This document shows positions 35,981 through 45,701 of a stretch of 64,000 bases of DNA, one piece after another. Below the pieces are notes generated by a model, which saw only the letters and a program-made list of their open reading frames with translations, was not told where the DNA came from and did no database searches. Origin of the DNA: Rhodanobacteraceae bacterium (GTDB taxonomy: Bacteria; Pseudomonadota; Gammaproteobacteria; Xanthomonadales; SZUA-5). Positions within the stretch are counted from its first letter, which is position 1. Every line of letters starts with the position of its first letter. The stretch covers positions 19,444 through 83,443 of the forward strand of contig JANOQN010000074.1 of assembly GCA_031422315.1 (NCBI GenBank). Direction: 5' to 3'. The position numbers and the translations under genes were made by a program.

Positions 35981-38814
35981 AGGTCAACATGAGAAATAAT
36001 ACGGCACTTTTCGCGCTGCTGCTTCTTTGTGGCGAATTATATGCGTTTGAAGTTGGTACTCACGCTTTAATTTCAAAAGTAGCGCACGACGGTTCGGTTT
36101 TATCACCTTCGAATCCGAAATCTATAGTTCCAGTTTTGGGATTTGAGCGACTTGACAAAATATCCCCATTCGCGGCGCTCTTTCAAGGAGTTTTCGACAA
36201 TGTGTATCTGGATAACGAGACGCCGACTGACCCCAATAACGCCAGTCTTTCATCGCTCGATTTTAGGCGTAGACCGCAAGAAGAAGAACGGAAAATTTTC
36301 AGGGGATTACTAACGCGGGGTTTTCTTGTCGAACCCAATGTTGGAGCTTTTGAGCTTACGACGCCCGCTTGGCTTATGCGCGGTTCTATTCGCGAAGATG
36401 ATAACGACCTAGCGACTTACAGTGTTGGTGAGCGTGATGAAGACCCTTGGGGAAATCACTTCCGTGCGCCTTCGCATTTTTACGATCCTATAAACAATGC
36501 TGCTTACAACAAGCCGTTGCAGTGTACTCCAGCAACATTTGACTGCAATCGTTCAACTGAGTGGGCATTGGGTCGAACAGACCTTTTGACAGGTGCCGGA
36601 ATGTTGCAACAAAACCGGCGCAATCACTTCACCTGGCAAGACGCGAGAAATAACTATTGGTGGGCACTAACGCTCACAAAGTCCGGAACTATACCTACAT
36701 CGCTTCAACGGCAGACTGATGCATATGAACGGCAGGTTCGATTTGCCACCACGGTGAAATCAATCGGCCATGTGATTCATTTGCTGCAAGACGCCGGGCA
36801 ACCCCAACATACAAGAAATGACGCGCACGGACCGGTTGCTTCGAGTTTTGCAACTGGAGATGCAGCAGGCGCAAAAAACGGTATTTTTGAACAATACACA
36901 GAAGCTCGCGTGCTTGGCCTCGAGGTGACTGGCGCATCGGCGTCGTTCTTTGATGGGAGCTTCCCGCCGGCGGATTTACTGCCACCCGTTAAGCTTTCGG
37001 GTGCCCAGCCTTATCCCATCCCGAGATTTCGGCTGCCCGTTTTTTACTTTACTACCCGCGCGGTTGATGCAGACGTAAGCAATAGACGCGGGCTGGCGGA
37101 CTATTCAAATCGCGGATTTTTCACCTTTGGCACGCTACCTAAAACCGGTGCATTTGCGTTTCCTGTTAGGCCAAGCGTTTCACCGGCGACGTACAGCACT
37201 TTGGAAGTTGATACCGGGTTAATTGCGGGCGGACAGCCAGTATTGGAGAAGCTGCTGTTAGCGTCTGTCGCAGATTCACTCAATCCAACCTATGACTCGC
37301 AAAGCGGACTTTTAACTGCCTTTGGAGGCAAAGTTCCTTTGTTGCGCGCGGGTATTTTTGAACGCGGATTTGATCTTATTCAAAACCCGCAACTCGCCCC
37401 GGCAGATATCGGGCTTGTTATTGATGAGAACGTGATGCGTTACAGCGCCGATACGCTTATTCCAAGAACGATTGCATACTCAACAGGCATGATTGATTAC
37501 TTCTTTCGCGGCAGGCTTGAGATACAGCCAAACGAGCAACGACTTTTTGGCGTGTTAGATATGGGCACTCCGCATACCGTTGATCCTGATGGGTATCCTC
37601 GCCGCGCCGACCAAAGAATTTTTGGCTTTGAAAAAGTACGCCTGAAAGTTCGAAACGTTACTGAGTTAATTACCGAGTCCGGTAACCTGCAAACATTTCC
37701 TCAGACTGTTGGAACGGGCAAATTGGTTGCGGTTGCTCGTTACCATAGAAACGCATGCTACAAACCCGATTTGAGTGGCGAGCGCGCTCAAGCCTATGCG
37801 CCAACGCCACTCATTGGAAACATCACTGAGCCTACCTGTAGCGTTGGACTTCCAACTAGAACGCAGGTGCAAGAGATATCAGTTTCAGCACCAATCAATA
37901 TTACTGGCCCCAGTGATTTACCCGGTGGCGCTGGCGGAACGCTTCCCGCAGCGCTAGACAAAGTATTCGACTTCAGCGCAGACCCAATTCCCGTCAATGC
38001 CACCGATCTATTTATCCAAGTCGTGTATCGCGGCCAGCTTGGTGAGGAAACTGATGGTATTGCGGTCGGGATTGTTGATGTGCAGGAACCCACTTTCTAC
38101 ACCACATGGAATAACACCGACTATTACATCAGCACACTCAACAGCGCCTGGTTTATCCAAAATTCGATGAGCATTATGCGGCGCGGAGTTGACGCGCTCA
38201 CGCTTTGCGCTGGGTTTCCTAGCCGCGTCATTTACACCTATGGCCCCGCTAATGGCCCCGCTTTGAGCCCCTTTGTCGCTCAAATTAACCCAGAGGCGGT
38301 GCGGCTTGCATTGATTCTCGGAAAACCTAATACCCCCGCCTCAACTTTTAGCGTTCGTAGTATTCCACAAATGTTCCCGGCGCCAAGCGCGATTACTCGC
38401 TCGGTATTTATGCCTGGGCAGCAGCGCCAAGCAAGCCGAGAAACATTTAACGCAGCCGATCCGCTGCCCACACCGGTTCGCTGTCAAGCTGCGCAGCCTG
38501 CAGCAGGCACCAGCTTTTGGTGCTTTGATCCAGTGCAGCGTCGGCGCGGGCAAAACATGGGCGATGGCGCGCAGCCGATTTTTTACTCAACCGGATCGCC
38601 GAACTTATCAGACCCCGATGTTGATGCGCCGCCGCTACCGGTTTTTCCGGGTATGCCCATCGTAAGTGGCGGCGTCAATCGATTTGATTTGGACGCTACC
38701 GCCGTGAATTGCCCGATGGTGCAGCCACCCAGCGTTGAAAAGCGTTTGCTTGAGCTGCGTGAAGAAGCCGCTGAGCTCGGGATTGATTTGGATAAGGTTA
38801 GGCTTGATAACTAG
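35977..38814 (+). CDS. large secreted protein of unknown function (945 aa)
   Basis: Signal peptide MRNNTALFALLLLCGELYA; long ORF with consistent codon usage; no catalytic motif recognised. Confidence 0.55.
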   Translation: MKVNMRNNTALFALLLLCGELYAFEVGTHALISKVAHDGSVLSPSNPKSIVPVLGFERLDKISPFAALFQGVFDNVYLDNETPTDPNNASLSSLDFRRRPQEEERKIFRGLLTRGFLVEPNVGAFELTTPAWLMRGSIREDDNDLATYSVGERDEDPWGNHFRAPSHFYDPINNAAYNKPLQCTPATFDCNRSTEWALGRTDLLTGAGMLQQNRRNHFTWQDARNNYWWALTLTKSGTIPTSLQRQTDAYERQVRFATTVKSIGHVIHLLQDAGQPQHTRNDAHGPVASSFATGDAAGAKNGIFEQYTEARVLGLEVTGASASFFDGSFPPADLLPPVKLSGAQPYPIPRFRLPVFYFTTRAVDADVSNRRGLADYSNRGFFTFGTLPKTGAFAFPVRPSVSPATYSTLEVDTGLIAGGQPVLEKLLLASVADSLNPTYDSQSGLLTAFGGKVPLLRAGIFERGFDLIQNPQLAPADIGLVIDENVMRYSADTLIPRTIAYSTGMIDYFFRGRLEIQPNEQRLFGVLDMGTPHTVDPDGYPRRADQRIFGFEKVRLKVRNVTELITESGNLQTFPQTVGTGKLVAVARYHRNACYKPDLSGERAQAYAPTPLIGNITEPTCSVGLPTRTQVQEISVSAPINITGPSDLPGGAGGTLPAALDKVFDFSADPIPVNATDLFIQVVYRGQLGEETDGIAVGIVDVQEPTFYTTWNNTDYYISTLNSAWFIQNSMSIMRRGVDALTLCAGFPSRVIYTYGPANGPALSPFVAQINPEAVRLALILGKPNTPASTFSVRSIPQMFPAPSAITRSVFMPGQQRQASRETFNAADPLPTPVRCQAAQPAAGTSFWCFDPVQRRRGQNMGDGAQPIFYSTGSPNLSDPDVDAPPLPVFPGMPIVSGGVNRFDLDATAVNCPMVQPPSVEKRLLELREEAAELGIDLDKVRLDN

Positions 38815-38902
38815 CCTATGAAAATTCTGGCGCTGTAAAACGATCAATTAATCTTTGACACCTGTACTGGATCCCCGCCTGCGCGGGGATGACGCGGTAC
38901 TA

Positions 38903-38952
38903 CGTTTTCACCAAAAGGGTTTGCATCACCGTCGCTTGCCGCTAAGCTCGGG
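38903..38952. repeat. right copy of the ~50-bp promoter-like direct repeat, immediately upstream of thiG
   Basis: 48 of 50 nt identical to 34269..34318; weaker similarity continues ~40 bp further toward the ATG. Confidence 0.8.
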
Positions 38953-38980
38953 GCATCCAACTCAACCGAATTCGGAGTGC

Positions 38981-39775
38981 ATGCTCATGTTTACTGACCC
39001 AAAGCCGCTCGTGATTGCTGGCAAAACCTACGCGTCTAGGTTGTTGACCGGCACCGGCAAGTACAAAGATTTAGAAGAAACCCGGCTTGCCACGGAAGCT
39101 GCCGGTGCACAGATCGTGACCGTGGCGGTGCGCCGGGTCAATATCGGCCAGGATAAGAGTGAACCCAATCTACTCGACGTGCTTGACCCCAAGCGCTACA
39201 CGATTTTACCGAACACCGCCGGCTGCTTTACCGCGCTGGATGCAGTACGAACTTGCCGATTAGCGCGCGAATTATTAGATGGCCACAATTTGGTCAAGCT
39301 AGAGGTTTTGGCGGAGCAAAAAACGCTGTTTCCGCACGTGATTGAAACGCTGGTGGCGCTGGATATTCTGGTCAAAGAAGGCTTTGAAGTCATGGTTTAC
39401 ACCAATGATGATCCAGTGTTAGCCAGGGAAATGGCGCTGCGCGGCGCAGTTGCGGTCATGCCGCTCGCTGCACCGATTGGCTCGGGGCTAGGTGTGCGCA
39501 ATCCGTACAATATCTTGACTATTGTTGAGGAAGCGACCGTGCCGATACTGGTTGACGCCGGCGTTGGTACCGCATCCGATGCCGCCATTACAATGGAACT
39601 CGGCTGCGATGGCGTACTAATGAATACCGCGATTGCCAGTGCGAAAAACCCGATTCTGATGGCCAGCGCCATGCGCAAAGCGATAGAAGCGGGCCGAGAA
39701 GCGTTTTTAGCCGGTCGAATCCCTAAAAAACGCTTTGCCTCGGCTTCTTCGCCTTTGGATGGGATTTGGTTTTAG
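38981..39775 (+). CDS. thiG: thiazole synthase ThiG
   Basis: [20 protein letters not shown]-terminus and (beta/alpha)8 ThiG core ([17 protein letters not shown]). A GGAG RBS lies 7 nt upstream of the ATG at 38981. The track ORF extends upstream to 38855 in frame, but that part is not ThiG-like. Confidence 0.9.
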   Translation: MLMFTDPKPLVIAGKTYASRLLTGTGKYKDLEETRLATEAAGAQIVTVAVRRVNIGQDKSEPNLLDVLDPKRYTILPNTAGCFTALDAVRTCRLARELLDGHNLVKLEVLAEQKTLFPHVIETLVALDILVKEGFEVMVYTNDDPVLAREMALRGAVAVMPLAAPIGSGLGVRNPYNILTIVEEATVPILVDAGVGTASDAAITMELGCDGVLMNTAIASAKNPILMASAMRKAIEAGREAFLAGRIPKKRFASASSPLDGIWF

Positions 39776-39838
39776 TGATTAGCGATGCGTTTTCAGGTAT
39801 TGACTGAACGGTTGTCACGCATCAGTTCGCTAGCTCCT

Positions 39839-42232
39839 CTACTTTTCAGCCGTGAAAATCGGAATAGCACTGGGTTCCGGCCACTGATACGTTGTCAATG
39901 AGGCTTGCTCGGTTCCATCTTGACTTGCCTCCACCCAAGCTGTGCGAAACCCGGAGCCGGTTAAGCTGCTCAAAAACTCACGCTTTCCGGTGACACCAAT
40001 GGCAATGGCAGTCGTATTGACCACGCCGTTAATGACCTGCAAACGACGAATTTGATTTGCACTTGGCAGCAATAAGCTGGCATCCGGCAAGGTAAACGCA
40101 AATTGGGTGTTGCCTTGCATCTGTGCGGCGCTAATTGCGGTCGAGTTTCCGGTTGGGCTGACCTGTCGATAGCTTGGTTCGGCGTCGTAGGGTTCTCGGA
40201 GTATCCAAGCGCTGCCATCTAGCGCGCCGATGACACGATCTGTTTCGGTCACATCGCTTATCTGCCAGCGTGTTTGCCCGGTTGGGCTAGCGCGAAACAA
40301 AATCTGATCCGCGCTTCGCAATAAAAGCTCGCCATTGGGCAACAAATTGACTACGCGCTCGGCGCGAAAAACTACGTTAAGCAAACGCACTTGATAGTTT
40401 GCATCAATCCGATAAATCTCAATCGGGCCATTTTGCACTGCGCGATACAGGCAGCGGGCATAGTCCGAGGTCAAGGTAAAATCCGCTTCATAGCAAGTAA
40501 GCTCTGAAAATTCGCCAAGCGGTAACGCTAAATTGGCGCTCACTAAACCGTCTCGATCAATCACCCGAATCGAGTTGGTGTTTGTCGCTTCATTGTATCC
40601 AGTAACCAACAGCGCTTGCCCCACTGCAAGTAATGTTGGATAGCCAAAATCACTCAATAAATCCCGCTCCCACGCGATGCGATTGTTAGGTAGCGCTTTA
40701 GCCAGGGTGTTTTGTTGGGTGTGCACGAAAATCGTGTCTGCACTTTTGAAATGAAGGCCTCTTTGATTGTCAACTTCAAAAAGTTGAACGGCCCCGGCCT
40801 CACCTGACTGCACAAAGTGCGTGCGATTGCGGGCCAGATAGCTGAGTGCAACATCAACGCTATTTTTAGGCTTTAACAGCAGCCGAACGGCACTGGGCAG
40901 CGTATTAGCACGAGGAAACTCCGCGCTGGTGCGCAGCGCGCCACTATTCTGGTATTGATTGATCGAATAGCCAGAAGCAAAGCTGCGGCTCTTGGCAATG
41001 GCAATTACGCCGCCGCCTTCAATATGTGCGGCGCTTTCTAGGCCCGCAGGCAGCGCAGCGCGGGTACCGTCTGTACGAATCCACTCAAAGTCGCCGTTCA
41101 CGGTAGAAGATCGCTTGGCGTTGTAAATCAACACGCTTCCATCGCTAGCAACGTTGGCTTCAACCGGGGGCTCAGTTAATGTGCCAGCAAAACGATATTG
41201 CCAGCGCACTAAGCCGGAAGAGTCCAATCGATACAGCATTTGCGAGCGAGTGCCATCGTTTACCCGTGCAAAAACGGTCATCCCGTCAAGATCGGCTTGC
41301 AAGTCAATTGGCGATGTCAATGGCACGCTATTACTAGGAATTCGCCAAATTTCCTTTCCGTTGCTATCGAAGAATCGAAAATCACTTGCAGCCCCAAGCA
41401 AAAGCGTGCCGCTAAGCTGTGGAACGATTGAGATGCGGCTTACACCCGTCAATCCCTGTAAGTTCGTCTCATAAAGCAGCTCACCGGCAGTATTCGCGCG
41501 AAGCAAGCTAAATTGAATTTGTTCAAACGATACGCGCGTTTGCCGAAGCACACTAAAGCTACTACCGCCCTGCACCATGCTGTGGCGCGGTGCGTAAAAA
41601 ACCGGCGCCGATAGTTTGCAATCAATCGAAATCGGCACACAAAAATGCGCAAGACTGACCGGCGCATTAAGCGCAGGGTCGGTGCTGGTCAAATCGAACC
41701 AGCGTGCCGTAGCATTCGATTTTTGCACTAATAAAAGCCGCCCGTCAGGCGCTTCATAGACATCTGCTGTTCCAGAAATTCCGCGCGTAGAAACCAATCG
41801 ACCTAAGGCATCGTATTTACTAATACTCATCGAAGGTGGCGGCTGAGGACTCTCAAATGAGCCACTGGAATAGTAAATTGTGATGAAACCACCGGATTGC
41901 AGCGTCATTTTTTTTGGGCTGCCCGAACCGAAATAGCTGCTGCTGTAGTCATAAATGCTCGGCGCGTTGACAGGCAACGTGAGCCCGCCCGATCGAGGAT
42001 CAAGCGCATTAAAACTTCGCCCGTAGTAAAAACTACTGCTGCTTTTGAGCTGCACAATTTGCCCGCCAACAATCGGGAATGCAGCGGTGACTAAATGCGC
42101 CGAAAAATCACTAGCTGGCAGCGGCGAATTGGTTTGCGCAGCGGAAAAAGTGGCTGTAATGCCCACACACAGTCCAAAAATGGCTTGTTTTACGGCTGGC
42201 AGTGATTGGCTGAAAAACGCATGGATAGTCAT
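39839..42232 (-). CDS. large secreted beta-rich protein (797 aa), possibly beta-propeller
   Basis: Signal peptide; repetitive Gly/Ser/Thr-rich beta-strand segments. 3-bp gap to the upstream gene. Confidence 0.5.
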   Translation of the reverse strand: MTIHAFFSQSLPAVKQAIFGLCVGITATFSAAQTNSPLPASDFSAHLVTAAFPIVGGQIVQLKSSSSFYYGRSFNALDPRSGGLTLPVNAPSIYDYSSSYFGSGSPKKMTLQSGGFITIYYSSGSFESPQPPPSMSISKYDALGRLVSTRGISGTADVYEAPDGRLLLVQKSNATARWFDLTSTDPALNAPVSLAHFCVPISIDCKLSAPVFYAPRHSMVQGGSSFSVLRQTRVSFEQIQFSLLRANTAGELLYETNLQGLTGVSRISIVPQLSGTLLLGAASDFRFFDSNGKEIWRIPSNSVPLTSPIDLQADLDGMTVFARVNDGTRSQMLYRLDSSGLVRWQYRFAGTLTEPPVEANVASDGSVLIYNAKRSSTVNGDFEWIRTDGTRAALPAGLESAAHIEGGGVIAIAKSRSFASGYSINQYQNSGALRTSAEFPRANTLPSAVRLLLKPKNSVDVALSYLARNRTHFVQSGEAGAVQLFEVDNQRGLHFKSADTIFVHTQQNTLAKALPNNRIAWERDLLSDFGYPTLLAVGQALLVTGYNEATNTNSIRVIDRDGLVSANLALPLGEFSELTCYEADFTLTSDYARCLYRAVQNGPIEIYRIDANYQVRLLNVVFRAERVVNLLPNGELLLRSADQILFRASPTGQTRWQISDVTETDRVIGALDGSAWILREPYDAEPSYRQVSPTGNSTAISAAQMQGNTQFAFTLPDASLLLPSANQIRRLQVINGVVNTTAIAIGVTGKREFLSSLTGSGFRTAWVEASQDGTEQASLTTYQWPEPSAIPIFTAEK

Positions 42233-42235
42233 TAG

Positions 42236-44794
42236 TTAGTTCTCAAAACCGTTTTGAAACGCTTCGTTTGCACGAACTCGCAAGGTAATTTCACCACCGC
42301 TCAGGCTTTCCGATACCGGCACGAATTCGCCGAGCCCTGGGTTACAAAGGCCTGAAGCGGCGCTGCCCGCAGGACATTGAATATTTGGATAGACCATATT
42401 TAAATACCGATTCGGAAAGTCCGTACTAATGAAACCAGGCGAGCTCGTGGCGAACTCAAACCTGCCCTGCGGATCGCTGCGAACGCTGGCGCTGATGACC
42501 AGCGTGTCGTTTGGTAGCCTCGTCCATAAATCAATGATCGCATTGCCAATCGGCGCATTGTTTTGATCGTCAAGCAAGGTGCCCCGAATGGCTTTGCGCA
42601 GGCGTGGAGTGAAATCCACATTCTCCACTTGTTGCCCTGCCGCTAAAGTAATCGCAGTGGCCAGAGCAAAGTTACAGCCTTCAAACGCATTGATACCAAG
42701 TGCACAGTTTTGGTTCTGAAAAAGTTGATCAAACGACACTCCGTCACTGATGCCAAGCTTATAAGTACCGGGGTATAAATCAAGCAATCGGTAGCGGCCA
42801 GATTCCTGAAATGCGAACTCTGAAAAAAGCGGCTGGCCTGCCACGTTGAACGTATAAATTAATGAAGTGCCATTTTGGCCGCCGATACTGGAAGAGCGCT
42901 CCAAGATAAAATCGTTTGCGGCGATGACGTCCGGCGAGTTAAGCCCAATGCTGAGCGTTTGCATACCAGGGCAATTGCGAGGCGATTGATAGTACCGACC
43001 TCGCGCATCACTACAAGCAACTCCTGGAAAGGCTTGATCGTAGTGTTCTAAACCACCCGCAAAAAGCTTGTAAGTTCCGGGTTGAAGGTCGATAAAACGC
43101 AATTCGCCGGTGCCCGATTGATATTCAGTTGCGTAGCTTTGAAAGTTGTTATTGACGCCGAAGGCCGAACCGAGCCCAGCGACCGGCAATTGCGTAATGC
43201 GATCCTTCAGGCGAATTCGAACCTCTGGCAGCGCGCGAAATACCACGGGCACTTCGATAATATCTGAGCCAATCACGATCGGTGGCGTGCTCATCAGCGC
43301 TTCAAAACAAGGATCTATACAGTCAATGTTGGGCAAAACCCGCATGAATGAATTGCGAGTTTGCACGCGAAATAAATAGCTTCCAGGCAGCAACGGGATA
43401 AACGTTTGCGGTCCGAATAGTTGCTTGAAGAACACGAACGTGCCGTTGGGTCTAAAAATCGAAACACTGGCACTATCGTTCCAAGTGAAATTAGGCGTTA
43501 ACAAATTAACGCCACCGGCCCGTTGCAGATCAAAGTTAACGATAGCCGTTGAGCCCAACTGCAAAAACACCGGCTGCGCTTGTGCGAGCGGGCAATCGCT
43601 AATGCTGGGGCCTTGGCAAGGCAAATTTGGGTGGATACTGGGCAGTAAGCCAACCCCATTGGCGTAAACCAGCACCGGCTCTGGAAAAAGCCCTTGAATT
43701 TGGTATCGCCCCACCGCATCGGTTGCGCCCGAAAAAAGCGTTACGCCCTGAGCCGTCACACCCGAAACCGAAACAGGCTGCGAAGCGGCGCCAGCAGGAA
43801 CACTGACAACTCCCCGCAGCTTCGCACCCTCAGGCAGCGGCAGCGGTGCCAACGTGATTGCGCTATTTGCTGGCGTTAAAATTAACTGTGCATTCGTCAA
43901 TGAGCAACTCGACAACGCGCGCTCGGGCCTACATACGCCACTTGGGTAGACGGCGTTAATCCAAGTCGAAGGCGTTAGTTTTTCTGTGCGCAGGTAAACC
44001 CGCGCAATGGCTTCCGGCACCGCGATTTCATAGGTGCCGGTACTTTCATTACTAAAATCGCTGCCTAAATAACGCTGCTGCTCGTCAAAAAAAGTCGCTG
44101 CGGCGCGTACCGCGCTACCGTCCTCACGCTGCAAGCGCCCGCTTAACGTCGCGCCTTGTAGAAAACGTAAACGTACTGGCAAAACCTGAGCGCTTAAGCT
44201 TTGAACGCGAACCAAATAAGTCTGATGGACATTGCGCCGGGGCAGCGCTAGCCTTGCCTGCAGGCCAAAGCTATCATCAGCTGATTTGACTGACTCAACT
44301 TCAGCGCAATCGCTAAGAACCTCAATCAGCGTGTCCGCATGCGAACCGATGCTGTCAACAATTTGCAGCGTATTTTCAGGCACCGCCACGCGCAGCCAAA
44401 GTGTGCGCTGCGGTTCAAAATAAACCGTGAGCGCCTGCTTATGGTTAAAAAGCAGCGGATTTGTGCAACGGCTACCCGCGCTGGCTTGATCCTGCGGCAA
44501 CGATGCGAGCGCTTCGCTAGCATCAATAAATTGCATATCTGATCGAAATCCATTCGCTTTCGCATCTTGCAGGCGTATGAGTGCCTGCATTTTGGAGTCC
44601 AGCTCGCCTTGCTGATTCGATAAGCTTTGCAAAGCAACAAACGATGCCGGGATAGGCTCAGCGATCAATTGCGCTTGTAAACGATCTAGTTCAATGCGCT
44701 GATTTGGCAAACTTGTGGCCAACGATTGCGCAATGAGTGGTTGCGCGCAAAGCAAAGCGACGAAAAAGAGTGATTTTGGCTTGAAAGACTTCAT
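42236..44794 (-). CDS. large secreted protein (852 aa) with carboxypeptidase-regulatory/Ig-like beta-sandwich repeats
   Basis: Signal peptide MKSFKPKSLFFVALLCAQPLIA; repeated ~80-aa beta-rich modules. Confidence 0.5.
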   Translation of the reverse strand: MKSFKPKSLFFVALLCAQPLIAQSLATSLPNQRIELDRLQAQLIAEPIPASFVALQSLSNQQGELDSKMQALIRLQDAKANGFRSDMQFIDASEALASLPQDQASAGSRCTNPLLFNHKQALTVYFEPQRTLWLRVAVPENTLQIVDSIGSHADTLIEVLSDCAEVESVKSADDSFGLQARLALPRRNVHQTYLVRVQSLSAQVLPVRLRFLQGATLSGRLQREDGSAVRAAATFFDEQQRYLGSDFSNESTGTYEIAVPEAIARVYLRTEKLTPSTWINAVYPSGVCRPERALSSCSLTNAQLILTPANSAITLAPLPLPEGAKLRGVVSVPAGAASQPVSVSGVTAQGVTLFSGATDAVGRYQIQGLFPEPVLVYANGVGLLPSIHPNLPCQGPSISDCPLAQAQPVFLQLGSTAIVNFDLQRAGGVNLLTPNFTWNDSASVSIFRPNGTFVFFKQLFGPQTFIPLLPGSYLFRVQTRNSFMRVLPNIDCIDPCFEALMSTPPIVIGSDIIEVPVVFRALPEVRIRLKDRITQLPVAGLGSAFGVNNNFQSYATEYQSGTGELRFIDLQPGTYKLFAGGLEHYDQAFPGVACSDARGRYYQSPRNCPGMQTLSIGLNSPDVIAANDFILERSSSIGGQNGTSLIYTFNVAGQPLFSEFAFQESGRYRLLDLYPGTYKLGISDGVSFDQLFQNQNCALGINAFEGCNFALATAITLAAGQQVENVDFTPRLRKAIRGTLLDDQNNAPIGNAIIDLWTRLPNDTLVISASVRSDPQGRFEFATSSPGFISTDFPNRYLNMVYPNIQCPAGSAASGLCNPGLGEFVPVSESLSGGEITLRVRANEAFQNGFEN

Positions 44795-44973
44795 TTTGCT
44801 GCCTAGCTTGAAAGCAGTCTGAAATTTAGTCTATCTGTGCATAAAAATGCAATTAATAAGTTGTTAAAACAGAAAATGAAGCGAAAATGCACTCATTTGT
44901 GCGAGCCAAACTGATGTTTTTTTGGGTGCTCGCGCCAGGATTTCTTGGGTTTGCGCAGGTTCTAGCGCTGAAA

Positions 44974-45144
44974 GCGCGGCACAAGGTAGCCTGGGGCAAC
45001 GCCCCAGGTGTTGGTACACCACGCTTTAGAGCCCTGTAAGGGCGCTACAATTGGTTGTCATATACATTGTGTCGCCCTTACAGGGCTTAACTTTGAGTGT
45101 TGCTTGAACCTGGGGCGTTACCCCAGGCTACCTTGTTGCGCGCC
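44974..45144. repeat. 171-bp nested perfect/near-perfect palindrome (MITE-like or large structured element) in the intergenic region
   Basis: Outer arms gcgcggcacaaggtagcctggggcaacgccccagg and cctggggcgttaccccaggctaccttgttgcgcgc. Inner arms agccctgtaagggcg and cgcccttacagggct. Central palindrome acaattggttgtcatatacattgt. Confidence 0.8.
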
Positions 45145-45370
45145 TTTGGCGCTTTAATCTTGGCCTTGTGATGCGCAATGTTTCTTGAAAGGTCATGCGT
45201 TCCTTTAAATGACTGAAAACTGGAAATCACCAAATTGGGTTTCCACCTAAGTTTGAAGCGGTCAACAGAAAAACATCAGTCTGGTTCGCACCCACATCCG
45301 AAGCGCTTTGCTGGCTCAGCTTACCTTTTAAGCTACTATTGAGTCTAGTTACCTGCCAAAAACGTGAGTC

Positions 45371-45664
45371 ATGAACGCTAATACCGTGAAAATTGCCGTA
45401 CTTCGAGAGCTGGTCGCGTCGGGCTCAGTGCGCTCAGCGGCCATCGTCGGTTTGCCGGGCGGTTACGCAGTCAAGGTGCGCTACGGAACGAGCGATCGCG
45501 CCCTGGCCGCTAGCACAGGAGATGTGCGCGTTTTCACGACTATTGATGCCGCCGCAAAAACCTTGCGCACACTCGGTGTAGTTAAATCAGAATTGGACCT
45601 GAGCGGCTACTCACCCAGTTCTTTGCTGAGCAAGCAACGCCCCGAGCGAATCCTAGCGCCCTGA
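45371..45664 (+). CDS. hypothetical small protein (97 aa)
   Basis: ORF directly after the palindromic element; no motif recognised. Confidence 0.35.
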   Translation: MNANTVKIAVLRELVASGSVRSAAIVGLPGGYAVKVRYGTSDRALAASTGDVRVFTTIDAAAKTLRTLGVVKSELDLSGYSPSSLLSKQRPERILAP

Positions 45665-45701
45665 TCAACGTACGCGTAATCAATTTATCCATAGGTTTTA
45701 A

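Noticed and set aside
38855-38980. In-frame N-terminal extension of thiG, and a possible TPP riboswitch or thiS upstream of thiG
   Set aside because: The extension ([28 protein letters not shown]...) is not ThiG- or ThiS-like. I found no TPP-riboswitch core (no CUGAGA / pyrimidine-sensing motifs) in the leader; the region instead matches the duplicated promoter-like repeat.
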